Shown: positions 16,647-24,429 of the stretch, piece after piece
Layout: every line of letters starts with the position of its first letter
Position numbering within the stretch: the stretch's first letter is position 1
Assembly: GCA_000151265.1 (NCBI GenBank)
Contig: GG663738.1
Span: 401,264 to 433,263 of the forward strand
Direction: 5' to 3'
DNA length: 32,000 nucleotides
DNA from: Micromonas pusilla
Lineage: Eukaryota
Program-made: the position numbers and the translations under genes
The notes under the pieces: model-generated
Seen by the model: only the letters and a program-made list of their open reading frames with translations
Told to the model about the DNA's origin: nothing
Database searches by the model: none

Positions 16647-17951
16647 TCACTTCGCGCCCGCGGCCTCTAACAACTTGATCACCGCCTCGAAGTCCCTAAA
16701 CCCTGGTGCGGCATTGTATTTCTTCGCGGCGTACAGCGGCGTCGCGCCGTCATTCATCGCCTTGTTCACGTCCGCGCCCGCGTCCACCAGCGCCTCGACC
16801 ACCGCCTCGTGGCCGTTGCGAGCGGCGATGTACAGCGGCGTCTCGCCTTTAACATCCGCCTTGTTCACGTCCGCGCGCGCGGCCACCAGCGCCTCGACCA
16901 CCGCCACGTAGCCGTTGTAAGCGGCGATGTACATTGGCGTCTTGTTCCACGTCACCCCCTTGTTCACGTCCGCGCGCGCGGCCACCAGCGCCTCGACTGC
17001 TGCCACGTGGCCGTTGTAAGCGGCGATGTACAGCGGCGTCCAGTCGCTATCATTCGCATGGTTCACGTCCGCGCGCGCGGCCACCAGCGCCTCGACCACC
17101 GCCCCGTGGCCTTTTTGAGCGGCCGTATACAGCGGCGTGTCGCCGTTATCCTTCGCCTTGTTCACGTCCGCGCCCGCGGCCACCAGCACCTCGACTGCTG
17201 CCACGTGGCCGTTCAAAGCGGCGGCATACACCGGCGTCTCGCCGTCATTCCTCGCATGGTTCACGTCCGCGCGCGCGGCCACCAGCGCCTCGACCACCGC
17301 CACGTGGCCTTCTAAGGCGGCGAAGTATAGCGGCGTCACGCCGTACTTATCCGCCTTGTTCACGTCCGCGCCCGCGGCCACCATCGCCTCGACTACTGCC
17401 ACGTGGCCTTCTCGAGCGGCGATGGACAGCGCTTTCGCGGTCCACGGAGCGCCGTTCGTTCGCAACCACCGCAGCATCTCCAGGTGGCCGCCAAACGCGG
17501 CGGAGTTGCAAACCACTTTCACGTCCCACGGGCATCCTCGCTCTTTCGCCCATTTCGCGACCTCCACGTTCCCACCCTTCGCGATGACCTTGAACGTCTT
17601 CGCGTTCCACGGACACCCTCGCTCCTTCGCCCACGCCAACCTGCCGATTGACCCGACGAAGTTCCGCACCCTCCCGAGCTCCTTCCTCACCGCCGCGAGG
17701 TCCTTCACCTCGCCGAAGGACGACGTGAAGACGACGTCGCGCATGTTCTGGCTCACCAGCGCGAGCATCGCGCGGTCGCCGTCGTCGAGCCGCGAGAGCA
17801 GGTGCGCGTCCAAGACGTCGCGCGCGTCCGCGGCGAGTCGTTCCAGAAGCGGGGCGTCGTTGACGAGATCTGCGGAAGACGATCCGTCTCCCGCGGTCTC
17901 GTCGACGGCGCCTCCGAGACGCGCGCGCTTCTTCGGATGCGAAGGCGACAT
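16647..17951 (-). CDS. F-box-like / ankyrin-repeat protein (434 aa)
   Basis: The ORF is complete from ATG (17949-17951). The N-terminus is LLERLAADARDVLDAHLLSRLDDGDRAMLALVSQNMRDVV. GCPW-type degenerate ANK units follow (AKERGCPWNAKT.., AKERGCPWDVKV.., LRTNGAPWTAKA). Seven canonical 33-aa ANK repeats then follow (G.TPLY.AA..GHVAVVEALVAARADVN.A). Confidence 0.9.
   Translation of the reverse strand: MSPSHPKKRARLGGAVDETAGDGSSSADLVNDAPLLERLAADARDVLDAHLLSRLDDGDRAMLALVSQNMRDVVFTSSFGEVKDLAAVRKELGRVRNFVGSIGRLAWAKERGCPWNAKTFKVIAKGGNVEVAKWAKERGCPWDVKVVCNSAAFGGHLEMLRWLRTNGAPWTAKALSIAAREGHVAVVEAMVAAGADVNKADKYGVTPLYFAALEGHVAVVEALVAARADVNHARNDGETPVYAAALNGHVAAVEVLVAAGADVNKAKDNGDTPLYTAAQKGHGAVVEALVAARADVNHANDSDWTPLYIAAYNGHVAAVEALVAARADVNKGVTWNKTPMYIAAYNGYVAVVEALVAARADVNKADVKGETPLYIAARNGHEAVVEALVDAGADVNKAMNDGATPLYAAKKYNAAPGFRDFEAVIKLLEAAGAK
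16700..17440 (-). repeat. 99-bp tandem coding repeat (7 ANK units)
   Basis: The string gttcacgtccgcgc recurs at 16764, 16863, 16962, 17061, 17160, 17259 and 17358, an exact 99-nt period. Long near-identical stretches follow each occurrence (gccaccagcgcctcgaccaccgcc). Confidence 0.9.
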
Positions 17952-18100
17952 CGCGTCGCGGGGTCAGAGAGAACTACGCGACGAAGCCGCGGAGGAGGAG
18001 GAGGAGGAGGTGGCGTCGTCCCGCGCGTGTGGCGAGTGACGGGACTTCCGAGGAATCGCGGCGTTTTTTTGTTTTGGTTTTTTTTCGACCAGACCGCTCT

Positions 18101-20221
18101 CTACATCGTCAAAGTCGTCATCCGCTCGCGTTGCGCCGCAAACGACGCCTCCATCGCGTGCAGCTTCATCACCGCCGGGCTCGTCGCGCGCTCGATCGGG
18201 CTCAGGTCCCTCTCAGGATTCAGTCCTCCCTCGCCCGTCGCCGGTGAAGCAAACGCGCGCACGCCCGACCCCGCTCCCCCAACCCCCCCCCCCGCCGCCG
18301 CCGCCGCCGCCGCTTCGGTCAACGCGCGCGTCACGTCCTTCACCGCGACGCGCGCGCGCGCCTCGAGCTTCCCGCCCTCGAACAAGTCCCTCCCCCCGTC
18401 GCCGCCGTCGCCGTCGTCCTTAAATCGCTCGCGCGCGACGGAGCACAGGTAGTCCAACACTGCCATATGGTCTTCCGACGCGTCGTCGTCGTTTTTCGGA
18501 GCAGCCCGGGGGCTCTCTTGTGACGACGCCAACACCCGTCCCCCATGAGAAGACCTCACAACCTCCTCCAGCGCCGCGGTCGTCGCGGCTAACGTCGCGG
18601 TGCGAACATCGAGCTTCTCCGACACCGCCGCCGCGCGAGCGCTCGCCGCGGACGCGACGCGGAGCTCCTCCGCGATGTCGTCGCGTTCGCGCCTGGCGTC
18701 GTCGGCGATCGCGACCCAGTCCTCGATCGCGGTGCCCTTCGAAACCTTCGCGACCGCGGCGGCGACCTCGGCGTCGTGCGTCGCGCGAAGGGCGTCCATC
18801 TCCCCGTTCTTCTGCGCCTTTGCGTGCGCGGTGACGCGCGCGATCGCCGCCTTCGCCGCCTTCTCCGCGGCGGCGGCGCGCTCAGCCGCGAGACGCAACG
18901 CGCGTTTCAGCGTGGCAATCTCCTCATCCTTGTTCTCTTCGCCCACTCCACCGCCAGCACCGTTATTCATCAGCTTCAACCGCGCGATCTCCGCGTTCGC
19001 GAGCTCCAACTCTGACGACTCGCCCGCGCCGTTTTCGTTCAAAGTCTCCAGGACGCGTTGCTGCGTCGACACCGTCGCCTCGAGCTTCGACGCGAGGTCC
19101 GTCGCCGCGGTCGCGACGGCTTCGAACTGCTCGCACCTGCGCTCCATCTCGTTCGTCTTATCCTCCGCGGCCGCGCGCTCGGCTTCCGCGAGCTGGAGCT
19201 TGAGCTGGAGCACGTGCAGCATCTGGACGGCGTCCTCGGAGAGGTCGTCGCCGCCGCCGCCGCCGCTGCCGCCGCCGCCGCCGCCCTGGGAGGTTGCCGT
19301 CTCTCGCGCTCTCGCCCTCGACTCCGCGAGCTGCGCTTCCACCGCCTTCAGCGCTTCCTCCCGCGCTTTCAGCGTGATCTGCATCGCCTCCAGGGCCTCC
19401 CCGCGCTCGCGCCCGGCCTCGCGCAGCGCCTCGCTCCGCTGCTCGACCGCGTCTTGCAGCTGGGACAACGCGGACTCGCGTTCCGTCGCCGCGCGTTCCC
19501 TCGCCTCCAAGGACGCGTGCAGCTCGTCCGCAGCCTTCAGGCGGTCGTCCGCGACGCGCGCGCGCTCGTCGCTCTGAACCTGCGCGCTCGCAACCTCCGC
19601 GGCGCGGCGTTCCAAGTTCGCGGTGACGGTCTCGATCGCGTCGCGCGCGGCGGCGCCCCGCGCCGCCTCCGCGCGCTCCGCCTCCGCGAGCTTCGCGTCG
19701 AGCTGCGCCTCGACCGCGGCCGCACGCTTCTCGCGCTCCGCGACGACGTCCTCGCGCTCGCGCAGCGCGGCGGACGTCTCCCTGCGCTCCCTCGCCGCGA
19801 TCTCGTCCTCGCGGCGACTCAGCGCGTCCTCCCGGCGGTTCAGCTCCGCGGCGACCGCGGCGTTCATGGCTTTCGATTTCGCCGCGGTGTTGCACGCGAC
19901 GGTCGTCTCCGCGGCGACCCTCGACGTGCTCTCGCTCGCGGCCTCGCGCGCGCTCGCCAAGGCCGCGCGCTCGAGCGCGAGCGCGGCCTCGCGCTCCGCG
20001 AGCGCGGCCTCGCGCGCGCTGAGCTCCGCGTCGCGCCTGGCCGCGCGGCTCGCCGCGGCGTCGAGATCGCGGCCCGGGGTGACGATGACGCGGGGCGATC
20101 TCGACGCATCATCAGAAGGCGTCGGCGTCGGCGTCGGCGACGGCTCGGACGCGGAGGAGCGGTCCGCGGAGGGCGACCGCGTCGGCGTGAAGCTCGCCAC
20201 CGTCGCGTCGAGGTCGGTCAT
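18101..20221 (-). CDS. long coiled-coil protein (706 aa), Ala/Glu/Arg-rich, function unknown
   Basis: This lies within ORF 18101..20437. The ATG at 20219-20221 (MTDLDATVASFTPTRSPS...) is preferred because the 20437 start would abut the upstream gene's stop. Heptad-like AEREAALALERAALASAREAA and LQLKLQLAEAERAAAEDK occur throughout. There is a poly-Gly hinge. The C-terminus is ..NPERDLSPIERATSPAVMKLHAMEASFAAQRERMTTLTM. Confidence 0.7.
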   Translation of the reverse strand: MTDLDATVASFTPTRSPSADRSSASEPSPTPTPTPSDDASRSPRVIVTPGRDLDAAASRAARRDAELSAREAALAEREAALALERAALASAREAASESTSRVAAETTVACNTAAKSKAMNAAVAAELNRREDALSRREDEIAARERRETSAALREREDVVAEREKRAAAVEAQLDAKLAEAERAEAARGAAARDAIETVTANLERRAAEVASAQVQSDERARVADDRLKAADELHASLEARERAATERESALSQLQDAVEQRSEALREAGRERGEALEAMQITLKAREEALKAVEAQLAESRARARETATSQGGGGGGSGGGGGDDLSEDAVQMLHVLQLKLQLAEAERAAAEDKTNEMERRCEQFEAVATAATDLASKLEATVSTQQRVLETLNENGAGESSELELANAEIARLKLMNNGAGGGVGEENKDEEIATLKRALRLAAERAAAAEKAAKAAIARVTAHAKAQKNGEMDALRATHDAEVAAAVAKVSKGTAIEDWVAIADDARRERDDIAEELRVASAASARAAAVSEKLDVRTATLAATTAALEEVVRSSHGGRVLASSQESPRAAPKNDDDASEDHMAVLDYLCSVARERFKDDGDGGDGGRDLFEGGKLEARARVAVKDVTRALTEAAAAAAAGGGVGGAGSGVRAFASPATGEGGLNPERDLSPIERATSPAVMKLHAMEASFAAQRERMTTLTM
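18158..18233. repeat. direct repeat copy 2 (inside the 3' coding end of the coiled-coil gene)
   Basis: See copy 1. On the minus strand this copy encodes GGLNPERDLSPIERATSP, and copy 1 would encode ..LKKPERDVMSPIERATSP. Confidence 0.9.
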
Positions 20222-20380
20222 GTTCGTCCTCGCGTGCTGCGCTGCGCGTGTCGCGGGCGGGCGCGGCGCCGCGTTGTGGGCGACCTCCGCTGGCAGCTCG
20301 CGGAATTTTCCTTCCTTCGCCAAAAAAACAGAAAAAATCAAAACGCCGCCGCCGCGCGCGCGCGAAGAGGGAGGGAAGAC

Positions 20381-20407
20381 GTTCGTTCGTGCGTTCGTTC
20401 GTTCGTT
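20381..20407. repeat. (GTTC)n microsatellite in intergenic spacer
   Basis: Direct reading: gttcgttcgtgcgttcgttcgttcgtt. Confidence 0.9.
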
Positions 20408-20433
20408 ACAGACGCGTTCTAATTCGTGCTCGT

Positions 20434-22161
20434 TCACGCTCCCTGGAGCTCCGACTCGAGACGCTCCACGTCGTCTCGCGCGTCGGAATCACCGAAGTCC
20501 ACAGCCGCGCGGTACCACTTCAGCGCCTCCGTTTTGTTCACCGCCACGCCGGGCTTGCCGTGTTCGTAGATTTGCCCGAGATTCCACTGGACGCGTTGAC
20601 TTTCAGAGCCCAAATCGGCGGGATCATCCCATAAGATGTCCTCGTCGAGTTCCAGCGCCTGGATGTACAGTTCGACCGCCTTTGGGGCATTTTTCTCCAC
20701 GCCTATGCCATAGTTGTAGCAATACGCGAGCCAGCATAGACCCATAGCAGAATCCGCTAATGCCGGATCCGCCCCTCGTTCGATCCACTTGAACGCCTCC
20801 GTGAGCATCTTACTACCGCCGCCGCCGCCGCGTACTACATTAAGGTATGCAATCCCGAACTTGAGCATAGCGGCGGAGCAGCCTTCCTCAGCCGACTTAA
20901 GGAAGTAGTGTTCCGCTTTCTCGTACTCCTTCTTTCCTTCAAACGTTTGACCGAGAATGTAGGACGCGATGGCATGGCCGAACTCGGATGCTCTTTCCAA
21001 CCACTCAATCATCTTCGTCTGGTCTTGATCCACGCCCTCCCCGCGTGCGTAAAGATACCCGAGATGGCACATAGCTTCCGAAGCTTCCGAATCTCTTTCA
21101 CTTTCAGCCAGCACACGGTAACGGGCGACCGCTCTTTCGTACCACTCGTTCGCCTTCGTCTCGTCTTCCTCCACGCCGTGCCCGTCATCGTAGCACTTCC
21201 CAAGCGAGTACATAGCGTCGGCGTTTTCAAGATCAGCCGCCTTACGCATCCAGTATAACGCCTTCACGAGATCCATATCAGTCTCTGTGTCGATCAGCTC
21301 ATGATGATCGAGCCGTCTCCGCCTCCGATACGCGCCCACAAAGTCAAAACTGAGCTTGAACACCGCCGCGGCAGACCCGCCGGGCAACGACGCGTCCGAC
21401 TTCTCCGCGTCCCGAAACACCCTGCTCACGGCGGCGAGCGCGACGCGGTCCTTCGGGTCCTGTAAATGCGCGAAGATCGCGCACGCGATGGTGCCGTCGG
21501 CCTGGAGGGCGGGGCGCGAAGCGTCGAGGGAGCCGGACGTCGCCGTGAGCGGTCGGTCCTTGTAATACCCCAACCCTCGCGGCCCTCTCTTGAACGCGTA
21601 CCCTCGCTTCGCGCCCGCGAACTTTTTCGACGGCGCGAACTCCGCCTCCTCGCGCGGGATCCAAACCACGGCGTCGAATAACCCGAGCACGAAGTCGTCG
21701 ACGTGTTCGATGACGTTCCCGCCCTCGTCCCCCAGCTCGTCCACGTAGTACCCCACGCCGTCGGGCCCTTGCTTGAAGACGTACCCAGGCCTGGCGCCAG
21801 CGAACGTCTCGGAGGGGACGAACGCCCCCGACGCCGCCGCGGGCGCGGGCGCGGGCGCCGCGGCGTTGGTCTTCTTCGCCGCGTCCTCGCGCTCCTGGAG
21901 CTCGCGCGCGCGCTTCTCCTCGCTCGATGTATGCGGCGGAGGCGGCGCGGGCTCGGGCTCGGCCTCGGGCTCGGACTCGGGCGTCGTCTTCGTGGCTTCT
22001 GGCTCGGTGGCGAGCTTCGCTCGCTTCGCCGTCGTGGCTTCGAGCTCCGCCGTCGTCGTCCCCGCGTCTCGCGCGACGACCGCCTCGCGCGTCGTCTCCT
22101 CGCGGAGCTCGCGGGGGGCGTTCGGGATCTCCGTGATCTCCGTGGTCTCGTCGAAGGACAT
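20434..22161 (-). CDS. F-box-like / Sel1-like-repeat protein, paralogue B (575 aa)
   Basis: This lies within ORF 20434..22512, starting at the ATG at 22159-22161 (MSFDETTEITEIPN...). An acidic/Pro-rich N-terminal region comes first. Two copies of F(A)GA(R/K)xGY(V/A)FK(Q/R)GPxGxGYY follow. The module IACAIFAHLQDPKDRVALAAVSRVFRDAEKSDASLPGG is next. About 7 Sel1 repeats complete the protein (ALYWMRKAADLENADAMYSLGKCYDDGHGV, ANEWYERAV.., MIEWLERASEFGHAIASYILGQ.., ALKWYRAAVDFG). Confidence 0.85.
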   Translation of the reverse strand: MSFDETTEITEIPNAPRELREETTREAVVARDAGTTTAELEATTAKRAKLATEPEATKTTPESEPEAEPEPAPPPPHTSSEEKRARELQEREDAAKKTNAAAPAPAPAAASGAFVPSETFAGARPGYVFKQGPDGVGYYVDELGDEGGNVIEHVDDFVLGLFDAVVWIPREEAEFAPSKKFAGAKRGYAFKRGPRGLGYYKDRPLTATSGSLDASRPALQADGTIACAIFAHLQDPKDRVALAAVSRVFRDAEKSDASLPGGSAAAVFKLSFDFVGAYRRRRRLDHHELIDTETDMDLVKALYWMRKAADLENADAMYSLGKCYDDGHGVEEDETKANEWYERAVARYRVLAESERDSEASEAMCHLGYLYARGEGVDQDQTKMIEWLERASEFGHAIASYILGQTFEGKKEYEKAEHYFLKSAEEGCSAAMLKFGIAYLNVVRGGGGGSKMLTEAFKWIERGADPALADSAMGLCWLAYCYNYGIGVEKNAPKAVELYIQALELDEDILWDDPADLGSESQRVQWNLGQIYEHGKPGVAVNKTEALKWYRAAVDFGDSDARDDVERLESELQGA

Positions 22162-22383
22162 GCTCGGATCTGGCGTGCGGCGGCGGGGACGGGCGCGAGG
22201 CGAAGTGAGGGGACGTCGCGCCAGTCGTCCCGAGTTTCGCAGGTCGGGTCTTGTCACGCAGACAAGACTTTTCCAGGGAAACACCGCGCCCTGGCTCCTC
22301 ACTCCGCGGACGCGCCCCCGGAGCTCCCCGGCACCGAGGACCCGCGCCGCCTCGCTTCCCTCGCCCTCGCGACCGCGCGGAGG
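22162..22383. promoter_or_regulatory. putative bidirectional promoter (Sel1-B / PET100)
   Basis: 222 bp lie between divergent ATGs. This is inferred from arrangement only. Confidence 0.3.
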
Positions 22384-22608
22384 ATGTCGAGCGCGCGGCC
22401 GAGGTTCTCCCTCGAGCTCTTCAAGTTTGCGACGTACCTCTCCATTCCGATCGCGATGACCGTCGCGTTCGCGGCGAACCCGGAGAATCTCGAGACCATC
22501 ATCAAGCGCCACGCGTACGTCGTGTACCCCCCGGAAGGGCCGAAGCCGCCGACGAACGCGGAGATGAAGAAGATCGTGGAGGCGAACAGGAAGAAGCGCA
22601 AGGTCTGA
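22384..22608 (+). CDS. PET100: PET100-like cytochrome c oxidase assembly factor (74 aa)
   Basis: This starts at an internal ATG (22384) of ORF 21703..22608. MSSARPRFSLELFKFATYLSIPIAMTVAFAANPENLETIIKRHAYVVYPPEG..EMKKIVEANRKKRKV parallels human PET100 (KLEIFRMIIYLTFPVAMFWVSNQAEWFEDDVIQRKRELWPPE), recalled from memory. Confidence 0.7.
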   Translation: MSSARPRFSLELFKFATYLSIPIAMTVAFAANPENLETIIKRHAYVVYPPEGPKPPTNAEMKKIVEANRKKRKV

Positions 22609-22695
22609 GACGACGACGCGGAGCTAGGTAGACCACGCGAGACGCGGATAGATATTTGATTTAGGTTAGGAAGGGGGGAAGAGCAACAGAACGCG

Positions 22696-24267
22696 ATGAC
22701 GACGACGACGATCTGCACGGCGCGAGCGACGACGCCGTCGCTCGCGCCGATGCGCGCGACGAGAAACGCGACGACGAGCGTCGCGCGCCGCGGCGTCGTC
22801 GCCGTCCGCCGCGCGTCGTCGATCCGCGGCGGGACGACGAAGAAGATCTCGATCTCAGCGTTCGCGCCGCGGCAGCCGCCTTCCTCCGCCCGCGCGGCGG
22901 CGGCTTCAAACTCGAACTCACACTCGAGCTCGACCGCCCCCGACGACGCCGACGACGACGCCGAGCCGTCGCAGTACGTGGGCGAAGGCCCGATGACGGA
23001 GGAGGAAGCCATGGAGCACGACATCCTGGAGAGGATCCGCTCCGGCGAGCTCCAACCGGAGGACTTCGGCCTCACCGAGGAGGACGTCGCGCCGCCGCGG
23101 TCGCCGCTCGCCGGCGGCGGCGGCGCGTTCCTCCGCGTCGTGACCTTCTCCCTCGCGGTGTGGCTCCACGCGACCGCGCCGCTGGGCGGGCGATGGGGCG
23201 TCGTCCAAGGCGGCCCTGGCGACGCGACGACGACGTTCGTAAGCGCCGCGCTCTTGGGCACGCCGCTGCAGTGGTTCGGCGTCGCCTTCGTCGTCGCCGC
23301 CGTCGCGTCGAGCGCGCTGTGTTCGTACCTCTCGAAACAGGAGTCGTACCAGCCCGTGCGCGAGGAAGGACCGCGCGGGCACCTGACCGGCGCGAAGTCC
23401 ACGACGCCCACGCTCGGCGGGCTCGCGTTCGTGCCCGCGGGGTGCGTGACCGCGATGGCGTTTACGACGTTTGCCGATCCGGTGGTGGTCGCGACGTGTC
23501 TGACCACGCTCGGGTTTCTCTCCATCGGCGCGTTCGACGACGTCCAGAAGCTCCTGTCGAAGAACAACGCCCGCGGGTTATCCCCGTACGCGAAGCTCGG
23601 GCTGCAGTCCGCGGTCGCGACGAGCTTCGTGGCGTGGCTCTCGAGCGGCGTCGCGGCGCCGCCTCCGAGCACAGCGGTGGCGTTGGGGCCGTGGATGGGC
23701 GCGTGGAGCGTCGTCGACCTCGGATCGCTGTTCTGGGCGCTCTCCGCGTTCGCGATGGTGTCCGAGAGCAACGCGGTGAATATCACGGACGGGTTGGACG
23801 GGCTCGCCGCGGCGACCGCGGCGATCGCGCTCGTCGGGACGGGGATCGCGCTCGTCGCGTCCGGGCAGAGCGAGCTCGCGGCGTTTTCGATATCCCTCGG
23901 CGGCGCCGCCGCGGGGTTTCTCGTCGTGAATCGTCACCCCGCGGACATGTTCATGGGCGACGCCGGGTCGTTGGCGTTGGGGGGTGCGTTAGGCGCGGTC
24001 GCCGCCGCCGCGGGCGGGGCCGCGACGCTGCCGCTGGTGGTCACCACCGCGGTGTTCATCGCCGAGACGGTGTCGGTGATCGCGCAGGTGTCGTGGTTCA
24101 AGTGGACGAAGAAGAAAACGGGGCAAGGGGAGCGGTTACTGCGTATGGCGCCGCTGCATCACCACTTGGAGCTAGGGGGGTGGGGGGAGCTGAAGGTTGT
24201 CGCGACGTTGACCGCGTGCGCGGGCGCGTGCGCGGTGCTCGGCGTCGGCGTCGCGGGGGTTTTGTAG
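22696..24267 (+). CDS. MRAY: phospho-N-acetylmuramoyl-pentapeptide transferase (MraY) with a ~170-aa N-terminal transit-peptide-like extension
   Basis: Uninterrupted 523-aa ORF. MraY signatures are KSTTPTLGGLAF, FDDVQKL, NAVNITDGLDGLAA, VNRHPADMFMGDAGSLALGGALGAVA and RMAPLHHHLELGGWGE. The N-terminus is Ser/Thr/Arg/Ala-rich (MTTTTICTARATTPSLAPMRATRNATTSVARRG..). Confidence 0.92.
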   Translation: MTTTTICTARATTPSLAPMRATRNATTSVARRGVVAVRRASSIRGGTTKKISISAFAPRQPPSSARAAAASNSNSHSSSTAPDDADDDAEPSQYVGEGPMTEEEAMEHDILERIRSGELQPEDFGLTEEDVAPPRSPLAGGGGAFLRVVTFSLAVWLHATAPLGGRWGVVQGGPGDATTTFVSAALLGTPLQWFGVAFVVAAVASSALCSYLSKQESYQPVREEGPRGHLTGAKSTTPTLGGLAFVPAGCVTAMAFTTFADPVVVATCLTTLGFLSIGAFDDVQKLLSKNNARGLSPYAKLGLQSAVATSFVAWLSSGVAAPPPSTAVALGPWMGAWSVVDLGSLFWALSAFAMVSESNAVNITDGLDGLAAATAAIALVGTGIALVASGQSELAAFSISLGGAAAGFLVVNRHPADMFMGDAGSLALGGALGAVAAAAGGAATLPLVVTTAVFIAETVSVIAQVSWFKWTKKKTGQGERLLRMAPLHHHLELGGWGELKVVATLTACAGACAVLGVGVAGVL

Positions 24268-24345
24268 TCGCCCCGTTTTTCGTATCGTAGTAGGACAAGC
24301 GCGAGAGAGAGAGGAAATAACAGAGCGCATCGCGTCGTTCGCGCT

Positions 24346-24393
24346 TCGTTCGTTCGTTCGTTCGTTCGTTCATTCGTTCGTTCGTTCGTTCGT
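24346..24393. repeat. (CGTT)n microsatellite in the convergent 3' spacer
   Basis: Direct reading: cttcgttcgttcgttcgttcgttcgttcattcgttcgttcgttcgttcgtc. Confidence 0.9.
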
Positions 24394-24429
24394 CACAATG
24401 GCGCATCGTCGTACTCGTGCTGTCGTAGT

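Noticed and set aside
19058-20747. 454-aa and 374-aa plus-strand ORFs
   Set aside because: They are antisense to the coiled-coil gene, and the second runs into Sel1-B. Both are low-complexity.
22299-23786. 495-aa ORF on the minus strand
   Set aside because: It lies antisense to the unambiguous MraY CDS. The translation is Ser/Ala/Pro/Arg-rich with no motifs. It is a typical GC-driven shadow ORF.
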